From positions 1-39,434 of the forward strand of contig JASFYY010000092.1 of the NCBI GenBank assembly GCA_045046875.1: a stretch of 39,434 nucleotides of DNA, read 5' to 3'. Made by a program: the position numbers and the translations under genes. Numbering within the stretch: position 1 is the first letter of the stretch; every line of letters begins with the position of its first letter. Below the pieces are notes generated by a model. That model was given only the letters and a program-made list of their open reading frames with translations. It had not been told where the DNA came from and searched no databases. This DNA comes from Verrucomicrobiota bacterium. Its GTDB lineage: Bacteria > Verrucomicrobiota > Verrucomicrobiia > Verrucomicrobiales > DEV007. Of the stretch, positions 18,200 to 27,784 are shown in pieces.

Positions 18200-19828
18200 T
18201 CAAGGTTGAACATGGCTATGGGCTTCTTCCAGTTCTTTGCGTGCATCGATGATCCACTGTTGGATTTTCTGTTCCATCGCTGCTGCTTTTAACTGGAAAA
18301 TGATTCGTTCTTTGACTTCTTCAAGCGGGGTGGGGGCGCCGGTTTTTCTTTCGATCACGGTGAGGATCCGGTAGTGGTCCAAGTCTTCCAGCACCGGGCT
18401 GATTATACCGACCTTCAAAGAGAAGATAATGTCAGCCAGACCTTTGCGCAAATCACTTCGTTTCATCCATCCCCGATCTCCTCCATTAGTCGCCGCCGAG
18501 TCGTCTGAATGTTCTTTAGCCAGAGCGGTAAAGTCTCCGCCGTTTGCCAATTGTTTGCGTAACTTCTCCATGGCTTGCATGGTTTTGGTGGCCATGGGAA
18601 CGGATATCATTTTCAGATGAACCTGGTCGTTATTGTAGCGATCCTTGTGTTTTTTGTAATAATTCTGAATTGCTGAGGGTGAGGGTGTTTCCAGTGGTAC
18701 TTCGACTTGCAGGACTTTCAGACCTTTGGCCATTTCCAGTATCAGAGGTTTGTCATCGTTAGTTTTAGCTGCATTCGATTGAGCTAGCAGCCATCGCGCC
18801 ATCAATGTGCCCACACGATCGGGGTGTTTTAACTGGCCGTTGGCTTTAATCAAAATGCCCAGAGCGGCGATGTTTTTGGGATCGAGTTCGATGGCTTTGC
18901 GAGCAGCTTTGATCGCTCCTTCATATTCTCCACGAATCAGCAGCGTCTCTCCGAGTTTGATCCAGCTATTGACATGAAGCGGGTTCACTTCACACGCCTT
19001 ACGGATGGCGTTGATCCCTTCTTCGGCTTTGCCTTGTTTGAGCAAAATCACGCCCAAATTACTCCAGGCTTCCGCATCTGCCGGATTGATATCAAGGGCT
19101 TTTTTTATGGTAGTAACGGCTTCTGCAATTTTGCCTTGTTCGAGCAAGGCTCCGGCGAGATTGTTCCATGCGATGCTTTCTTGCGGGTTCAGTTGGGTCG
19201 CCTTCTCAGATGCGGTGATGGATTCATCTACTTTGCCTTGTTTGAGCAGTGCTGCGCCAAGATTAGCCCAACTCAGGGCGTTTTTCGGATCGAGTTTGAT
19301 GGCTCGTTGTGAGGCTTCAACGGATTCATTCAGTTTTTCCAAATAGAGCAATACAGCTCCGTGGTTGTTCCATGCAGTGGCATCAGCCGGGCCTAGTCCG
19401 GTTGCTTTGTGGGTGGCTTCGAAGGCTTCGTTCATTTTGCCCTGTTTGAGCAAACATCCGCCAAGATTAGCCCAGGCGGCGGCACTTTCGGGGTTGATTT
19501 CAATGGCTTGATGTAAAGCCGCAATGGCTTTATCCAGTTGTCCTGAGTCGAGCAAGGCTTTTCCCATATTGGACAACAAAGAGGCGTTTTTGGGATTGAG
19601 TTGGATGGCTTTTTGAAAAGCCGCGAGCCCTTCAGATGTTTGGCCCAGGAATATCAAGGCGGTGCTTAGACCGTTCCAGGCAACGATATCGTTCGGGTTT
19701 TTTTTGGTAGCAGAGCTGTAGCGCTCGATCGCCTCTTTGGCAGATTTCTTAGGATCTGCTGCGTTAGTAGGCGTGACGGTTCCGGCTACAAGCAAAAATA
19801 AGATCAAGATTTTTAAAAACCTGTTCAT
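18200..19828 (-). CDS. Secreted TPR-repeat protein with a C-terminal PpiC/parvulin PPIase domain
   Basis: About nine 34-aa TPRs (AWxNLG...QG...A...P); C-terminal FTALAKEHSDD..NGGDRGW..VGIISPV. Confidence 0.88.
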   Translation of the reverse strand: MNRFLKILILFLLVAGTVTPTNAADPKKSAKEAIERYSSATKKNPNDIVAWNGLSTALIFLGQTSEGLAAFQKAIQLNPKNASLLSNMGKALLDSGQLDKAIAALHQAIEINPESAAAWANLGGCLLKQGKMNEAFEATHKATGLGPADATAWNNHGAVLLYLEKLNESVEASQRAIKLDPKNALSWANLGAALLKQGKVDESITASEKATQLNPQESIAWNNLAGALLEQGKIAEAVTTIKKALDINPADAEAWSNLGVILLKQGKAEEGINAIRKACEVNPLHVNSWIKLGETLLIRGEYEGAIKAARKAIELDPKNIAALGILIKANGQLKHPDRVGTLMARWLLAQSNAAKTNDDKPLILEMAKGLKVLQVEVPLETPSPSAIQNYYKKHKDRYNNDQVHLKMISVPMATKTMQAMEKLRKQLANGGDFTALAKEHSDDSAATNGGDRGWMKRSDLRKGLADIIFSLKVGIISPVLEDLDHYRILTVIERKTGAPTPLEEVKERIIFQLKAAAMEQKIQQWIIDARKELEEAHSHVQP

Positions 19829-19942
19829 GGAGGCAAATTATCACCTATTAGCGCTCGATGACTAGCTCCTTTTTCCCTTGGCTTTGAAAATACTTGCGTT
19901 CGACACTGAGCCTTGTCGTGTTTAGGGTGCTGCACCAAAAAA

Positions 19943-21190
19943 ATGAATACCAGACTTCTCAAACGCGGATTCCTCAGCCTCACGGTGGCGCAGTTTTTCG
20001 GGGCGGCGAATGACAATTTGCTCAAGACGATCCTGGTCTTTTGTGTGGCAAGCGGAGGTGTGTGGCATGGGCCTCTCGGGGACGGTGGGCCGGCTTATGT
20101 GGGTTTGTGTCTGACGATCCCTTTTATTTTACTATCGGGTTATGCCGGGCAACTGGCGGATCGCTTCAGTAAGCAGAAGATATCGCGGTGGGTCAAGGTG
20201 GTGGAAATTGGAATTGCCTTGATTGCTTTTTTGGGATTTTTTCTTGGCAATATGTGGTTGGCTTTGAGTGCGATGTTGATGCTGGCGATTCAGAGCGCTT
20301 TTTTTGGGCCGGCCAAGTATGGCATGATTCCTGAATTGGTCACCGATGAGGATTTGTGTCAGGCAAACGGATTCATCAATATGTCTACCAATATCGCGGT
20401 GATTGTCGGCACCTTGTTGGCTGGGCCTATTTACGACGCTTTCCAAGGCAGCGCACCGAGTTCTGCACGCGCTGCGGTGCCGGGCATGGCTTTGCTGGGA
20501 CTTGCGGTGTTGGGGTGGGTGGCGATCATGTTCATGCCAGCTTTGAAAGCGATGAATCCTGCGCTTAAATTCTGTTGGAACCCTTTCAGCATTTATTTCG
20601 GTGCATTAAAAGATATGCGCAAAACACGTTTGCTAACGGTGGCCATCGCCTGGGCTTCTTTTTATATGATTGGCATGATGGCTTTGTTGATCCTTCCCGA
20701 GTATCGAACTTTACTGGATATTTCAGCAACCAAAGCAGGGTATTTGCTGGGGGTCATGGGGCTTGCCATTGGCATTGGCAGTGTGCTGGCCGGATTCATA
20801 TCGAGGCACAAAATCCAGCCTAAATTGATACCTTTGGGCGCGGCGGGTATGACCGTGTTTTTTGCTTTGTTAGGACTGGTGAAGCCTGAATTCAAAATGG
20901 TGGCGTTTTTTATCGCCGGGGCAGGGGTATTTGCCGGATTTTATATCATCCCGCTGCAAGCTCTGTTGCAAAAGTTATCACCGGATGACGAGCGTGGGCG
21001 CTTTCTGGGTACAGCCAATGCTTTGTCTTTCATGGCCAGCACGGTGGGCTCGCTGATTTATTTGTCGGCTCGCTCGCAATTGGGACTGGCACCCAATCGG
21101 GTATTTTTGATCTGTGCCAGTTTGGCATTATTGGGCACGACCCTGCTACTTTGGATGCTGCTCAAATTGATTCGTGAGAAGGTGATTTGA
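19943..21190 (+). CDS. MFS transporter, LplT/Aas-like (lysophospholipid transporter family)
   Basis: QFFGAANDN, AGQLADRFSK, QSAFFGPAKYG, PLQALLQ...ERGR; start taken at ATG 19943. Confidence 0.85.
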   Translation: MNTRLLKRGFLSLTVAQFFGAANDNLLKTILVFCVASGGVWHGPLGDGGPAYVGLCLTIPFILLSGYAGQLADRFSKQKISRWVKVVEIGIALIAFLGFFLGNMWLALSAMLMLAIQSAFFGPAKYGMIPELVTDEDLCQANGFINMSTNIAVIVGTLLAGPIYDAFQGSAPSSARAAVPGMALLGLAVLGWVAIMFMPALKAMNPALKFCWNPFSIYFGALKDMRKTRLLTVAIAWASFYMIGMMALLILPEYRTLLDISATKAGYLLGVMGLAIGIGSVLAGFISRHKIQPKLIPLGAAGMTVFFALLGLVKPEFKMVAFFIAGAGVFAGFYIIPLQALLQKLSPDDERGRFLGTANALSFMASTVGSLIYLSARSQLGLAPNRVFLICASLALLGTTLLLWMLLKLIREKVI

Positions 21191-21220
21191 TTGCGTCTTG
21201 AATTCAGTTAAAGTGTCATC

Positions 21221-22159
21221 ATGAATGAATCTGACAGCACTTTTTCCCGGCGTAATTTCTTTCAACAATCGGCGGGTCTTTCTTTGGGGCTTGGTGCAGC
21301 GGCGACGGGCTTGGGTGCTTTGCCGGGGCGATTGCAAGCAGCGGAGAAGTCGCTGGGTTCAGCCGGATTAAAGGGGCGGATCAAGCATTCGGCGTGTAAG
21401 TGGTGTTACAGTAAAATCCCCTTGGATGATTTGTGCCGGGCGGGCAAAAAATTTGGTTTGGCTTCGGTCGAACTGTTGTTGCCCGAGGATTTTGCGACTT
21501 TGAAAAAACACGGTATGCACTGTGCCATGGTGAGTTTTCCCCAAGGGGAAACCAGTCAGGGGGTGAAGGTAGGAGGTATCACCAAGGCTTTTAATCGTTT
21601 GGAGCATCACGATACTTTGGTGGAGATTTATGAGCCTTTGATCAAAGCTTCCGCTGCAGCGGGATTTAAGAATGTGATTTGTTTTTCAGGTAATCGTGAT
21701 GGTTTGGATGACGAGCAGGGGATCAAAAACTGTGCAATTGGATTAAAGCGTCTGATGCCGTTGGCTGAAAAGCTGGGGGTGACCTTGAGCATGGAGCTGT
21801 TGAATAGCAAAGTGAACCACAAGGATTATCAGTGTGATCATACCCAGTGGGGGGTGGATCTCTGCAAGGAAATCGGATCGCCGAATTTTAAACTGTTATA
21901 CGACATTTATCACATGCAGATCATGGAAGGAGACGTGATCGCGACGATCAAAAAACATCATTCCTATATTTCCCATTATCACACCGGCGGGGTGCCGGGG
22001 CGGCATGAGATTGATGACAGTCAGGAGCTTTTTTACCCGGCGATTATGAAGGCCGTCGTTGACACGGGTTATCAAGGCTGGGTGGCTCAGGAGTTTATTC
22101 CTGCCAGGGAAGATAAGTTGGCATCTTTGAAACAAGGCGTGGAGATCTGTGATGTGTGA
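21221..22159 (+). CDS. Tat-exported hydroxypyruvate isomerase-like TIM barrel
   Basis: SRRNFF Tat signal; ELLN, LLYDIYHMQIMEG, HYHTG.VPGRHE motifs. Confidence 0.88.
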   Translation: MNESDSTFSRRNFFQQSAGLSLGLGAAATGLGALPGRLQAAEKSLGSAGLKGRIKHSACKWCYSKIPLDDLCRAGKKFGLASVELLLPEDFATLKKHGMHCAMVSFPQGETSQGVKVGGITKAFNRLEHHDTLVEIYEPLIKASAAAGFKNVICFSGNRDGLDDEQGIKNCAIGLKRLMPLAEKLGVTLSMELLNSKVNHKDYQCDHTQWGVDLCKEIGSPNFKLLYDIYHMQIMEGDVIATIKKHHSYISHYHTGGVPGRHEIDDSQELFYPAIMKAVVDTGYQGWVAQEFIPAREDKLASLKQGVEICDV

Positions 22160-22269
22160 ACTGTGAAGTATAGCGCCACCAGTGTTCTATCATGTGATGA
22201 ACAATAGTATTACTTGATCTCGGTGGAGCTAGTAGGCTTTAAATCCCAAGGGGCTAATACTTTTAAGTA

Positions 22270-22299
22270 AAACAGGCCGCCTTTAAGGGCGGCCTGTTT
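22270..22299. terminator. Bidirectional intrinsic terminator
   Basis: Perfect 12-bp stem AAACAGGCCGCC / GGCGGCCTGTTT with a 6-nt loop, between convergent genes. Confidence 0.85.
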
Positions 22300-22320
22300 G
22301 ATCTTCGTTTGGAAGAAGTT

Positions 22321-22635
22321 CTAGTTGCTGCTTTGTAAGAAGTCCCGGATGGCACGGTAGTCTGAGCCGGTGAGGTTGGCGCGAATTCTCATGTGCATGC
22401 TGGCAACTTCCCATTGCGCATCGGAGTATGATCCCGGGTCGCGGTAGTTGTGACAGCTGGAGCAATTGTTAGCCCAAAGCTCGGCACCGCTTGGTTGCAT
22501 AGCGGCACCGTCATCATCCCCAGAGGATAAGGTGGAGCAAGCACTTAGGGTCAATGCCAGTGCAGTGAGACTAAGGAAAGCGATGACGTAACGCGGTGTG
22601 CGTTGTTCAGAAGTGTGAGTTGGTTTCGCATTCAT
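22321..22635 (-). CDS. Small monoheme cytochrome c lipoprotein
   Basis: Lipobox LSAC; heme motif CSSCH; distal W..ASMHMR supplies a candidate axial ligand. Confidence 0.82.
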   Translation of the reverse strand: MNAKPTHTSEQRTPRYVIAFLSLTALALTLSACSTLSSGDDDGAAMQPSGAELWANNCSSCHNYRDPGSYSDAQWEVASMHMRIRANLTGSDYRAIRDFLQSSN

Positions 22636-22682
22636 GTTGGTAAAAAAATATAGTGGTTTGATCTCGATAGGTCTAATGGGTT

Positions 22683-24044
22683 TTAGAATCCGATGGCTGC
22701 CTGAACGCGAACGCCGGTGAAGTCGGTGCTTTCGCCGCCTTCTCGTTCGTTTCCAAATTCGTAGGAGGCTTTAAGGGCGGTGCTGGCATTGATCCAGTAG
22801 TTGATGCCGAAGCTCATCCGGTCGATTTTAGAATCGCCCGGTCGGTTGACCCAATCGTATCGGGCAACTGGTTCGAGCGATTTGATGAAGTTATTGTCGA
22901 TTTCCATCGGGCGATAGGCCAGTTGGCCGTAACCACCACGACTGCCGTTACCAAAATCGAGCGGGGAAATTCCGGGGTTGTCGATGTCGAGCCAGACTAG
23001 TTGGGCTCTAGCATCAATGACTCCCATTAGTAGGGATGAATTTTTGACGTAGTTGGCGTCGATGGATTGAGTGACGGCGTCAACATTACGGAATGCGCTG
23101 CCTGAAGGTGCCACGCTGGCAAATTCGAATCCATAACCAATGTCAAGTGAGGGGATGGGCTTGAACCCGATGCGTCCACCGACAGCCTTGTTGTTATTGA
23201 GGTCGCTGAAATTGTTAAAATCAAGACTGCCTGCCTCAGGGCTGTGATCGCCGCCTTCACCCTCGACATTCAAAGAGGGGCCGTTGGAGAGATATGCAGC
23301 GTAGGTCAAACGAGTGGTGCCAATGGGAAGCCCCCCACGAGCCTGGATGCCGAGCTGAGTTCCTGCCATCAAGCCGCCGTGGCCGAAGGGCAGGGGTGCT
23401 GAAGCAAATTTATTGATCCACGCCGGGTGAAGGCGTTCGCTGAAGTAGTTGCTTGGGTTGAGGAACTTTCCGACACCGATAGTGATGTAATCGCTGACGA
23501 TGTAAGAGATTTGTGCATATTCCAAGCCGACTTCGGTTTCATTGTCTTCGACAGATAATTCTAGTTCGCCTTCAAATAAAATTTCATCACTCATTTTCCA
23601 GAGAAAAATCGGGTTAAAGCTCGCATTAAACGAAGAGTCTTCGTTGCTGAGATTATTGAAGCCAGCAAAGGCAAACCCCGTTAGCAAGAAGTTGGTGGAT
23701 CCAGGGCTGATGTAATCTGATGATTCTTCAAGAGCGGTTAGTCGTTCTTCGAGCGCGGTGTCAATAGCCGGAGCGCTTACTTCGACTACCGCTTTGCCTC
23801 TACCACCTGCCGGGGCTGGGGCTGCCGCAGCGGGCGCTTGCGCTTTTGCCGCTAGCACTTGCTGCATCTGGGCTTTGAGTGTGTCCAGTTCTTGTTTAAG
23901 TTTGTCGTATTCGGCGCGGGAAACAGGTGTCTCTGCTTTAGCTGCGTCAGTTTTTTTACTGGCTTCCTGAGCGGAAAGGCTCCCGCTGAGTGTCGTTGCT
24001 GACAAGGCCAGCAGAATGAGTAGGCTTCGTTTCATCGTTTTCAT
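22683..24044 (-). CDS. Outer-membrane beta-barrel porin with N-terminal coiled coil
   Basis: Signal peptide, coiled coil (EYDKLKQELDTLKAQMQQ), Ala/Pro linker, alternating amphipathic strands, DLNNNKAVGGRIG, C-terminal Phe (QAAIGF). Confidence 0.85.
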   Translation of the reverse strand: MKTMKRSLLILLALSATTLSGSLSAQEASKKTDAAKAETPVSRAEYDKLKQELDTLKAQMQQVLAAKAQAPAAAAPAPAGGRGKAVVEVSAPAIDTALEERLTALEESSDYISPGSTNFLLTGFAFAGFNNLSNEDSSFNASFNPIFLWKMSDEILFEGELELSVEDNETEVGLEYAQISYIVSDYITIGVGKFLNPSNYFSERLHPAWINKFASAPLPFGHGGLMAGTQLGIQARGGLPIGTTRLTYAAYLSNGPSLNVEGEGGDHSPEAGSLDFNNFSDLNNNKAVGGRIGFKPIPSLDIGYGFEFASVAPSGSAFRNVDAVTQSIDANYVKNSSLLMGVIDARAQLVWLDIDNPGISPLDFGNGSRGGYGQLAYRPMEIDNNFIKSLEPVARYDWVNRPGDSKIDRMSFGINYWINASTALKASYEFGNEREGGESTDFTGVRVQAAIGF

Positions 24045-24075
24045 GGATAATTAGAGCGTGTGAGGTGAAAATGGC

Positions 24076-24513
24076 TTATTTAGCCAGAGTTCGAATGTAG
24101 TTGAGAATGTTCCAACGATCAGTGTCGCTGAACGCAGCTTTGAAGGGGGGCATAGGTCCACGACCTTCGGACATTTTCCAGAAAATTGCTCCATCACTTT
24201 GACCTTTCATTCGTTTGGAATCAGTGAGGTTGCCGGGATGGATGGGCAGGGCGACTGCAGCAGCACCATTACCTTTACCTCTAGCTCCATGGCAAGGCAG
24301 GCAGGCTGCTTTGTAGAGTTTTTTGCCTTTTCGGACAGATGCCTTGTCAGCACTCACTGGATTCTTTTTCGAGGACGCTGAACTGGGAGCGTTCCAAGGG
24401 GCACCCATCGGTTTGTCGGCGGCGTAGGTGGTTGCGGCAAAGGCTGCGGAGAGGGTGAGTGCGGCAACGATAGAAGCGGGGGACTTACGGTTTGTTTTAG
24501 GTTGGTCTTGCAT
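24076..24513 (-). CDS. Periplasmic class I monoheme cytochrome c
   Basis: Signal peptide; GKKLY..ACLPCHG..G.G; distal GPMPPF methionine. Confidence 0.9.
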   Translation of the reverse strand: MQDQPKTNRKSPASIVAALTLSAAFAATTYAADKPMGAPWNAPSSASSKKNPVSADKASVRKGKKLYKAACLPCHGARGKGNGAAAVALPIHPGNLTDSKRMKGQSDGAIFWKMSEGRGPMPPFKAAFSDTDRWNILNYIRTLAK

Positions 24514-24523
24514 CTTAGTTGTT

Positions 24524-24551
24524 AATACGTCGGAAAGATGCTGACCCCTTT
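24524..24551 (-). promoter_or_regulatory. Putative ECF-sigma promoter of the cytochrome-porin operon
   Basis: Minus strand reads AAAGGG-N16-CGTATT, ending 10 nt before the ATG at 24513; resembles the motifs at 24576 and 27785. Confidence 0.55.
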
Positions 24552-24575
24552 AAAAAACATTTTTTTAAAAAAACA

Positions 24576-24604
24576 TGAGGGATTTTTCGAGCTTATGTCG
24601 TTAT
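24576..24604 (+). promoter_or_regulatory. Putative autoregulatory ECF-sigma promoter of the cnrYXH-like operon
   Basis: TGAGGG-N17-CGTTAT ending 10 nt before the ATG at 24615. Confidence 0.6.
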
Positions 24605-24614
24605 ATTAGCCAGT

Positions 24615-24953
24615 ATGATGCAGGATGAAGAACTAGAAGAGGAACTGATGCAGCTGCGAAACCGTCAGGTTCCGGATTTGCCGGGCAATATGTCGTCACG
24701 GGTTTGGCGATCCATCCAGCGACGTGAGGAAAGTGCGCCGCCGGTCTTTTTTTCCTGGCCGTTATGGCTGGCGCAACCGGTGATGGCCTTGCTTTTTCTA
24801 GGGATGACAACAGGCTTTGGTTTTGTTTATGGCTCGAATTTCGAGGGAGCTTCGAACTCTGAGCCTACTAGCGGCGATTTAGCTTGGGCGGATGCATTTG
24901 ATGTCAATTCGCTCTATTTGCCATTGCCAAGTTCACACGGGAGAGGGCGATGA
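24615..24953 (+). CDS. CnrY/NccY-like single-pass anti-sigma factor
   Basis: 112 aa; short cytoplasmic N-terminus (P.NMSSRVWRSI), one TM helix, short periplasmic tail; first gene of a Y-X-H order; ATGA overlap with the next gene. Confidence 0.7.
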   Translation: MMQDEELEEELMQLRNRQVPDLPGNMSSRVWRSIQRREESAPPVFFSWPLWLAQPVMALLFLGMTTGFGFVYGSNFEGASNSEPTSGDLAWADAFDVNSLYLPLPSSHGRGR

Positions 24954-25408
24954 AAAAACAGGGTGCAGTGGGTTTGTTGACGGTGGCGGCGGTGGTATTT
25001 GTCGCTTGTCTGGGTGGCTGTTATCTGGGTATTGGTTTGAGCCGCGGGCATTCTTCTGAGTCTGCCAAGCACAGCGGTGGAGCGACTCATGCGGAGCTTC
25101 ATCAAGCTCTTGTTTTGACTTCCCAGCAAGAGGAGAAATTGATTCCTCTTGAGGCCAAGGCAAAAAAAAGAGAGGATGAGTTGCGAGGCGCTCTCAATGC
25201 AGCCAACGCGGACCTTGCCAGAGTTTTGGTTAGTGAACGTTCGTATTCGCCGGAAGTTGAAAAATCTGTTGAGAAGATACACAAAGCGATGGCAAAATTG
25301 CAAAAGGCTACTTTGGAGCATTTGTTCGAGATGGAGGAAATCCTTACCCCGGAGCAATATGACCAGTTGTTGCAACTTGCCGGCGAGTCTCTGCCTCATT
25401 CCCATTGA
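24950..25408 (+). CDS. CnrX/NccX-like membrane-anchored periplasmic heavy-metal sensor
   Basis: N-terminal TM; HAELH, E68, AANADLA, SPEVE, LQKATLEHLFEM match CnrX motifs as recalled (HEILH, AANGKLA, SPEVE, LQRATLVHVFEM). Confidence 0.88.
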   Translation: MKKQGAVGLLTVAAVVFVACLGGCYLGIGLSRGHSSESAKHSGGATHAELHQALVLTSQQEEKLIPLEAKAKKREDELRGALNAANADLARVLVSERSYSPEVEKSVEKIHKAMAKLQKATLEHLFEMEEILTPEQYDQLLQLAGESLPHSH

Positions 25409-25424
25409 AGCGCTTCTGGCATAG

Positions 25425-26045
25425 ATGATGGAGGCAGATTCAACGCTCGATACGAACGGCGAAGTTGATCGTGATGAAGTCGATCAAGCGCTGATCCTAC
25501 GTTTGCAGCAGGGAGATGATCTGGCTCTGAACGAGATCATGTTGCGTTATCAGCAGGCATTGCATAGTTACGCGTATCGTTTTGTGAACGATACCGATGA
25601 AGCTGCAGATCTGGTTCAGGAGGCTTTTGTGCGGGTGTATCTGAAACGTTCCAAGTATAAACCCAAGGGGAAGTTCCGAACCTGGCTTTATACCATCACT
25701 GGTAATTTGTGTCGCGACTGGATCCGCTCACGCAAACGGCGTCCGTTGCATTATGTGGAGCAAATATTTGATAGCCAGCTTTCGGGCAATGTGGATCTGG
25801 ATCAAATGCGCAAACCTAGTCCTGATCCAGCACAGCTGGTGATGGCTGAAGAAAAAAACACGCGAATCATGCGGGCGATAGACACCTTGCCGGTCGATTT
25901 GAAACAAGCTTTGATACTTTTTTCCCTGGAGGGCAATACGCAGGAGGAGGTAGGGATTTTGTTGGGATGCAGTGTCAAGGCGGTGGAGACGCGTGTGTAT
26001 AGGGCTAAAAAGCAGCTAAAAAAATATCTGCAAAATTTGGATTAG
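25425..26045 (+). CDS. ECF RNA polymerase sigma factor (CnrH-like)
   Basis: Region 2 DLVQEAFVR...[13 protein letters not shown]; region 4 [22 protein letters not shown]. Confidence 0.92.
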   Translation: MMEADSTLDTNGEVDRDEVDQALILRLQQGDDLALNEIMLRYQQALHSYAYRFVNDTDEAADLVQEAFVRVYLKRSKYKPKGKFRTWLYTITGNLCRDWIRSRKRRPLHYVEQIFDSQLSGNVDLDQMRKPSPDPAQLVMAEEKNTRIMRAIDTLPVDLKQALILFSLEGNTQEEVGILLGCSVKAVETRVYRAKKQLKKYLQNLD

Positions 26046-27727
26046 AATGAAGTCCGGCGGTAGGCGCGGTATTCGGGGAACCACATACTGCGCTTGATAG
26101 ATTCTTTTAATACCGATTCATCGACCCGGGTGGCTACCCCTTCTTCCATCGCTTGTTTACCTATTTCAAAAGCAATGTGGGCACTCAATTCACGAATGTT
26201 GTCGAGCTCGGGCAGCAGAAAATCTCCCTCACCTCTAACTAAAGGAGAGAATTCGGCAAGAGCTTCACTAGCGGTGATAAACATTTCTTCGCTCACCCGT
26301 CTGGCCCCGCTGGCTATGATGCCCAAGCCAATGCCGGGGAAGATGTAACTGTTGTTGCACTGGGCGATGGGATAGGTCTTCCCTTTGTATTCAACGGGGT
26401 CAAAAGGGCTGCCAGTGGCGACGATGGCCTGTCCGTCGGTCCAGCGAATGACATCTTCGGGCAGAGCTTCTACTTGTGAGGTTGGGTTTGAAAGCGGGAG
26501 TATGATGGGTTGCGGGCAGTGGCTGTGCATATTTTTAACCACTTCTTCATTGATCAGGCCGGGCTGCCCGGATACTCCGATGATGATAGTGGGCTGCGCT
26601 TGCTTGATCACTTCCAGCAAGCGGACGGCTCCGTCGTGGTGGCTCCAATCGGCGACTTCGTTTTTAGTTTTGGTGAAGCGTTTTTGGAAATCCATCAAGA
26701 AATCCATGTCTTCAGTTAGTAGGCCCTCTTTCCCAATCAGGTGGACTTGATCGATGGCTTGCCGTTCCGTCAGCCCTTCTTTCATCATGTGGGCTACGAT
26801 TTGTGTCGCTATGCCGCAGCCTGCCGAACCAGCGCCGACAAAAACCACACGGTGATCTCTCAGCTTGGATTTCTGAGCATGGCAAGCGGCCAATAAGGTG
26901 CCGACGGTGACCGCGGCGGTGCCTTGGATGTCATCGTTAAAACAACACACTTGATCCTGATATTTTTTCAACAGGGGTGTGGCATTTTGTTGGGCAAAGT
27001 CTTCAAATTGGATCAATACATGAGGCCAGCGGCGTTTGACCGCTGAGATGAATCGATCAACAAAATCAAAATATTCATCACCGGTGATGCGCGGGTTTCT
27101 CCAGCCCATGTACATCGGGTCATCGAGCAATTCTTGATTATTGGTCCCTACATCAAGTGTGACCGGCAGGGTGTAAGCGGGACTGATGCCGCCACAAGCA
27201 GAATAAATGGCCAATTTACCAATAGGAATTCCCATGCCTCCAATGCCCTGGTCGCCGAGCCCGAGAATGCGCCCGCTATCGGTCATCACGATCACCTTGA
27301 CATTTTGTTTGGTGGCATTTTGCAGCATGTCATCCATGCGGTCACGGTCTGGGTAGGAGATGAAAAGACCGCGTTTGCGGCGGTAGATCTGAGAGAATAG
27401 CTGGCACGCTTTGCCTACGGTGGGGGTGTAGATGATGGGTAGCATTTCCTCTAAGTAGTTATTGACCAGCCTCAAGTAGAGGGTCTCGTTGGCGTCCTGG
27501 ATGTTGCGCAGGTAAATGTGCTTGTCGAGGTCGTTGTCAAACTGGGAGAACTGCTGGTAGGATCGTTCGACTTGTTGTTCGATGCTTTCTATTTGGAAGG
27601 GCAGCAGACCTTCGAGATTGAAGGCACGTCGTTCCTGCAGGGTGAAAGCGCTGCCTTTGTTTAATAGGGGCGTTTCCAGCAGGACGGGGCCGGCGTAACG
27701 AATGTAGAGTGGTCTTTTATCTGTCAT
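26042..27727 (-). CDS. maeA: NAD-dependent malic enzyme
   Basis: [56 protein letters not shown]. Confidence 0.96.
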   Translation of the reverse strand: MTDKRPLYIRYAGPVLLETPLLNKGSAFTLQERRAFNLEGLLPFQIESIEQQVERSYQQFSQFDNDLDKHIYLRNIQDANETLYLRLVNNYLEEMLPIIYTPTVGKACQLFSQIYRRKRGLFISYPDRDRMDDMLQNATKQNVKVIVMTDSGRILGLGDQGIGGMGIPIGKLAIYSACGGISPAYTLPVTLDVGTNNQELLDDPMYMGWRNPRITGDEYFDFVDRFISAVKRRWPHVLIQFEDFAQQNATPLLKKYQDQVCCFNDDIQGTAAVTVGTLLAACHAQKSKLRDHRVVFVGAGSAGCGIATQIVAHMMKEGLTERQAIDQVHLIGKEGLLTEDMDFLMDFQKRFTKTKNEVADWSHHDGAVRLLEVIKQAQPTIIIGVSGQPGLINEEVVKNMHSHCPQPIILPLSNPTSQVEALPEDVIRWTDGQAIVATGSPFDPVEYKGKTYPIAQCNNSYIFPGIGLGIIASGARRVSEEMFITASEALAEFSPLVRGEGDFLLPELDNIRELSAHIAFEIGKQAMEEGVATRVDESVLKESIKRSMWFPEYRAYRRTSF

Positions 27728-27784
27728 GGATGAGTTGTAGCGCCGTGGATGGAAATATCGAAATGCAGGAACTTACTAAAATAT

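Noticed and set aside
19031..19460. Regularly spaced short DNA repeats resembling a CRISPR array
   Set aside because: The 102-bp period equals 34 codons inside the TPR gene; the repeats are degenerate and there are no cas genes.
22683..24044. Calling the porin Cyc2 (iron oxidase)
   Set aside because: The barrel protein has no CxxCH; the hemes are on separate genes, so only an analogy is claimed.
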